From positions 10,912,001-10,976,000 of the forward strand of contig JBHGNT010000017.1 of the NCBI GenBank assembly GCA_043228905.1: 64,000 nt of DNA, given 5' to 3'. The position numbers were made by a program, and so were the translations under genes. This stretch comes from Azolla caroliniana. Lineage: Eukaryota; Plantae; Polypodiophyta. The notes below the pieces were generated by a model. It saw nothing but the letters and a program-made list of their open reading frames with translations. It had not been told where the DNA came from and made no database searches. Below are positions 61,191 through 64,000 of the stretch, in pieces. Every line of letters starts with the position of its first letter. Within the stretch, counting starts at the first letter, position 1.

Positions 61191-62406
61191 TGTCGTGAAG
61201 ATCCGTCACTACTTGCGGATCGTGAGGCGGAACCGTCGGGGTTCTGGACCGGAAGGATTCAAAGTCGGTACAAGCTTTGGCGCAAGCTTTAGCGAGAAAG
61301 TACTTAAGATAGATTGGGAAAGAGAGAAGTTGAGATTAAACGATTGAGAGAGATTGATTGAACTTTTATCTTTGGATTTAAGAAACAAGTTACACGATCA
61401 ATTTGATAACGAATTTCTTCTTCTTAATTTCATAACAAAAAAAAAAAACATGTTTTTTCTCCTCCCCCTTCTTTTATAGATGCTCTCATGCGTATGATGC
61501 ATGTGAGGGTACAAGACATGCATAAAATGCATGTTTGCCATTTGGCGCTTATGCATTACATGTGGTGCATGATAACCATGTCACTCATTTTAGCTCTCAT
61601 GTATGAGAGTTTACATATAAAAGTACAATGATAGAAATATAAATGCAACTAAATGGCATGGCTTAATGGTAAGCCAATTGACTCCTAACTCGGAGGTGCA
61701 AGGTTCGAATCCTTACTTGCCCTCTTTGTATATGTATATATGTATATATATTTATATATTTACTTATCTAGTCACCGGACGCCGGTTCGCCGGATGTCGT
61801 CGGTTACCGGTGCCTCGCCGGATGCCGTTGTCTCACCGGCGCCGGATGCCGTCACCTCTTCGTCGTCGGTTGCCGCTGGATACTAGTGCCGCCGCCGGAT
61901 GCCGTCACCTCACCGGCGTCGGATGCCGTCGGTTATCGGTGCCTCGCCGGATGCCGTTGTCTCACCGGCGCCGGATGCCGTCACTGGATGCCGCCGGATC
62001 ACCGGCTCCATCGTCGGTCCGGTTTTGGTTGGCCAAAACCCTTTACGAGTAGCTAGCGCACCTCCACTCTTAGTTTAAGTTACCTTGAACTCTCTATGCT
62101 CCACACATAGACACAAAAATAATAGCTTTTGCTCTACCTTATATATGATGAGAGCCGTATTTGTCGTGCCTATGTGGGATATCTCACAATTTTCTCTTTT
62201 CCTTTCACAAACTTTATACCCTTATATCTTGACATTTAGTTGTTTGTTTCTCGTGTAATAAAGTGCATTCGAAACCTCCATCATTTTGTACTTAGATACT
62301 AAATTTATTTAAAATGTTATCTTCACAATTATTGTATTATGTGATTCATACTCGATTTTGTACGTTTTATGGGATTTTCACACTATTGCCGAAAATCTTC
62401 ACGACA
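61191..62406. repeat. Solo LTR (TGTCGTGAAGAT...ATCTTCACGACA)
   Basis: 12-bp terminal inverted match and TSD CCGT/CCGT. Interrupts the copia RNase H cleanly. Confidence 0.93.
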
Positions 62407-62862
62407 CCGTGCGTGGAAAACGGGGTTCTTCGCTAGCTGGATGCTGCTGAGGTTGTCGCAGTAGATTGTATTCGGATTGGACACCTCCTCTTACAGGTCC
62501 CTTAAGTAGCCGCTTCAACCGTATGTCTTCGCATGTCACGATAGCCGCTCCTCGGTACTCAGCTTCGGTGCTCGACAGTGCAACTGTCAGCTGCTTCTTA
62601 CTGCTTCACGCTATCGCAACACTCCCAAGAGAGAACGCGTATCCGGACGTGGATCGACGATCGGCGGCGTTGCCAGGCCAGTCGACATCGGTGTAGCCGA
62701 CCAACTGCGGGGCTGTATCAGACCGATATAGTAGCCCCCGATCCTTAGTGCCGCGGACGTACCAGAGTACACGTTGTGCACACTGAAGGTGTTCCTCGGT
62801 TGGTCGCGCCATGAACTGACTGATCACCCCGACCGGATAATTGAGATCGGGTCGGGTGATTG

Positions 62863-64000
62863 TGTTACCGGCCGGCAAGGAGTCCAAAATACGGAGTGAA
62901 GGAATTAATTAAATATGGTTGTAAATGAGCATAGTGTGGACGGACGGACTGGAAACGGTATGCCGTTCCAGATCCGGACGGATCCCGAATAGGTGCGATA
63001 GGCACCGTTTTGTACTACGGGCCGGAAACCTATTTAAAGGCCGGACCCCATTGTAATCGCAGCGGATAATTAATAGAGCATATGGTGTTTATACTTCTGT
63101 GTTGATTTCCGTTCTGTAATTACTGTTATATCTTACGCGTGTAATTAACAAAAGCGCTCTAATCGTGTAACCTACGTAAGTCGGTGAAATCGTTGAGTCA
63201 TAATCCTATGCCGTAATCACCCTTTGGTGAAGTGTCTCCGTGACACCTTGTGTTAGGCCTTGTCCGGTCAGAGAATAACACAGTTTTGGCGACCACGATT
63301 CCTGCTTTCTCGCAGCGAACGACGGCTTAATGGATGACGAGACCAACGCACGACCTGGTTACAGACCGAGCTCGACGCCTCGCCGAACGGCAAAGACGGC
63401 GTGAGACCTTCCAGCAAGCAGCGCACGAAATTCGCTCGGATCGTTCGTTCTCCAACGAGATCCGGAGAGTCGCGGAGGAATCTCTTCGGTTACAGCAAAC
63501 TCGCGACCAGGACGACGGAAGCAGTCTAAGTAGTCTCCGGGAAACCGAACGCCTCCTCGAGGCGCTGGCAAGCGGAGAAAACGAGGCAGAAGCCTTTTCA
63601 GCCTACGAATCGGATTCCGAAGGGGGATACAGCGTGCACACGAACTACCGAAGCAGCAACGATACCCCCGGCGGCCCGGAGGACGACGGGTCGGAGACCG
63701 TGCCGACTCCAGAACCGGAACCGTTCGACCAGGGCTATCCGGAACCGCAAACGGAAGCCGTCAACCCACCAACACCGGAAGTGGAAGAAGCAAAGCCACC
63801 GACACCAACGAAAGAGCCGGCGAAAGTACCGGAAGAAGAGCCGGTGAAGGAACTGGAAAAAGAACCGGAAGAGGAACCGGAAAAAGCATCGGCAAAACAA
63901 CCGGAAGTGGAACCGGAGAGAAAACCGGAAAGATATCAACAAACGCCACTAAACCGCGGCCTAATACTGGACGACGACATGCCGTTCCAATACTCAAAGT
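62863..64000 (+). mobile_element. 5' end of Arg-primed gypsy element D: LTR 62863-63280, PBS TGGCGACCAC 63287-63296, E/P-rich coding start
   Basis: TGTTA...TAACA termini and a TATTTAAA box. Interrupts the copia RT and runs off the window. Confidence 0.75.

Larger units (their letters stand above)
58481..62862 (-). mobile_element. 3' part of a Ty1/copia element (RT end, RNase H, charged tail, PPT 60472-60485, LTR ~58481-60471) carrying two solo-LTR insertions
   Basis: YTDVDWPGNAADRRSTSGY, PVFHA/RTKH split by a solo LTR, and DIFTKPL. Same family as 19499-20771. Confidence 0.85.

Noticed and set aside
61655-61722. Functional tRNA gene
   Set aside because: The anticodon arm is poorly formed and it sits inside a solo LTR, so it is reported only as a tRNA-like module.

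Overview
Eukaryotic, land-plant nuclear DNA (the TE families and gene style suggest a seed-free plant; this is inference). It is a heavily nested LTR-retrotransposon field around one intact host gene, a two-exon CXE11/CXE16-type carboxylesterase (27836-29991). The TEs are tRNA-Trp-primed Ty3/gypsy elements and their solo LTRs, tRNA-Arg-primed Athila/Tat-like gypsy elements, Tcn1-like chromovirus fragments, several Ty1/copia elements and two LINE tails. Three observations stand out. (1) All three Arg-primed gypsy elements with both ends visible (979-5421, 33146-46241, 34584-44540) lack a polypurine tract. Instead a second, inverted tRNA primer-binding site abuts the 3' LTR, which suggests tRNA priming of both DNA strands. 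(2) A decayed, intron-containing, bacterial-type beta-class N6-adenine/N4-cytosine DNA methyltransferase gene lies at about 32100-33145 plus 46242-46500. (3) The Trp-primed family makes 4-bp target-site duplications, and every readable target is CCG(T/C) or a likely deaminated form. All coordinates were read by eye, tRNA assignments rely on recalled plant tRNA 3' ends, and no database searches were run.
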